A stretch of 64,000 nt of DNA from Neoechinorhynchus agilis (lineage: Eukaryota > Animalia > Acanthocephala): assembly GCA_051530055.1 (NCBI GenBank), contig CM121342.1, positions 3,134,797 to 3,198,796 of the forward strand. The letters run 5' to 3'. Each line of letters begins with the position of its first letter. The first letter of the stretch is position 1. Below are positions 61,826 to 64,000 of this stretch, piece after piece. The notes beneath the pieces are model-generated. The model did not search any database, had not been told where the DNA came from, and saw only the letters and a list, made by a program, of their open reading frames with translations. The translations under genes were made by a program, and so were the position numbers.

Positions 61826-64000
61826 CACTTAACGGTTACCGAGACTGTGATGGCAAATGACCACCGAGATTCAGTGTGTTTCCGATAATCTCACAATGTA
61901 AATCCAATGGAACAGTGAATACTTAAACGATATCACCGTTCTATATAGAAAGATGTCGTTCAACGCTTCACCATATTTCCCAATACCGCCACGCGATGGT
62001 CTCTTGAAAATCACTCTCATAATCGTCTTAAGGAAAGCGACTTCTTTTAACTTACTGATCAACATCGAGTTTCATGCCAAAATCTATGCAATACCAGGAA
62101 ACATTTTCTTAAAATGAAAATAACATTCATGAGGCTTCAGGGCAATTTTAAATAGGTTAAGAAAAGAAATTATATTGACATTTTAACAAAAGGTTTAAAA
62201 TAGTTTATGTTTGTTTTATTATACGTAGAGGTCTTATCCATGGATTGAGAGCTCTTATTAGTGCATTTCATATCAATCGCTCCAACCCAATAAATCAAAT
62301 CTATTTGTCGCAGCTTCAGATGCATCGATCGTCGCTCGTATCTTCAGAGTTTCATTGAAGAGCAATTAGCGAATTCAAACATTCTCTATTGCTGAAATTA
62401 GATGGAATCAATTTAATAAAGGGAAAAATGGTGGTAAGGAAATAGAAAAAATTTGAATAGGTTAATTCGTAAAATAAATGACAAATAAATTGCACAAATC
62501 TAAAGGACAAATTATTTTCTATGAATAAAACCCAGAAGCTGCGACAAGGAAGACTAAGGACGTTCTTAAAGATTTCATTTTAATGATGGCAAAACAAGTG
62601 AACGTCAAAGAAATAATTAAGCGTGCACGATTCTCTTTCTTTGCAAAACAAATCTGCATTTACTAAGAATTCGGCTGGTCAATCAAGAATTTTGATTATT
62701 TTTTGCAAAGAAATCGTTCTCGAGGAAAAGTAAGAGAAATCGCGCAGGCGTTAAAAGATTAAGCATAGATGTTAGTTCAGTTCCCTTATTTTATCAATGA
62801 TAATTCCCAATTCGATATCATAACCGACTAAATGGATACAACGAAGAGAATAAATTGTTAAATCGTGGAAAGAAGGATCCCTAAAATTTGATATCCATTG
62901 AGCGTTGAGCGAGAAAACACAATCATCAATTGAAAATGCCGGGAGGTTAATGGCAAATTCTCTCAATGAGACTCAATAGAGAAATCCGAAACGGAATCCA
63001 AAGCAGCGTCATACTCAATCAGATTCTAAAATGCCGAGGAAACTTTAGAATTACGAAATGAAGATTTTCTTTCTGGATGAGCAAACCATTCAATCAAATG
63101 ATGAATGTTCTTCGAGAAGTCAATAAAGACAAAGATCAAAGATATAAAGGGAATAATTGACAAAAATATTTTGTGCTTCTCAAAAATTGTTTAGATTAAA
63201 TTAATATCTTTGGATTTTTCTCTAAAAAAATCGTCGTCTGGGTTTAAAGCAAACTTCAAAATAACATCCGCGAGTTGCGAAGATTTTATGAAATACATTA
63301 CTGAAAACCCAATGTTGGCATATCTGAAGGAAAGAATAGATGATTTTTCCAAATATTGTTTTTTAATAAAAAACAGTTCGCCGGATGTTCTAATGAATCA
63401 TGAAAAAATGCAACCTGAATTCGATAAAAATTCACGGAGAAAATAAGAAGCGAGTAAAGCGCTGATTGCCTCGTTGACGCTCACTTTTGTGAAGGGAAAT
63501 TCAAGAGCGTTTAACGAGACTGTGAAAGTTGACGACACACTGGTGAAATACTGAATATCTGACAACTTATTGATCGTCAAAAATATCTCAACGACCAGTT
63601 TTCCATCAATGTGAAAACGTCGCGAGAAAGGTAGAGGTTCCACCCTCCAGAGGAGTTTTCGTTCGTTCCACGGCAACGCGCCGAAGCAATGAGTGAAAGG
63701 ACACTGACCCCTTTGATTTCTGCATTTCTAGAAACTGAAAAAGTAGAAGTTTAAAACCTGTTGTTGTAGCGGAACTTCTAAAATTGTCCAAAACAGCAAC
63801 AATAATTTAGAGACACTAAGAACTATGGACGCAGCGCAATAAATATTCTCGAGATTTAGTAATTTGTGTAGGTATCGCTTACAATCATCTGATTTATTGG
63901 GATGGGTCAAAGTCTCAGATAGCGACGGATTAAATCTTAAAAAGAATATTAATTAATTTGTATCAACTGACATTTGCTTTCCGAAAAATGTATACAAGAA

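Overview
AT-rich eukaryotic genomic DNA, probably from a compact-genome invertebrate; the species cannot be determined from the sequence. The left half (1-30.5 kb) is gene-dense. It holds an Obg-family GTPase (MTG2/GTPBP5), an SLC17/sialin-like transporter, KLHDC10, two orphan ORFs, a PI31/FP-domain-like gene, a degenerate pyruvate-kinase-like gene, a membrane-anchored trehalase and tRNA-Tyr. These are interspersed with CRE-, RTE- and CR1/L2-type retrotransposon fragments and a 352-bp satellite with hammerhead-like cores. The right half (30.6-64 kb) is a rearranged inverted duplication (A-B-C-A'-D-B') of nested retroelements (CRE, CR1/L2, Gypsy, Penelope, an AT-rich LINE-like RT), a divergent forkhead domain and a tandem array of KH-domain coding units. 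The standout observation is that three otherwise intact conserved genes (MTG2, KLHDC10, trehalase) each carry an insert bounded by terminal inverted repeats. Precise removal of each insert, at non-GT/AG ends, restores a gapless match to the family consensus. These are candidate hairpin-bounded non-canonical introns coexisting with ordinary GT-AG introns. All alignments were done by eye from recalled family consensus; no database searches were run.
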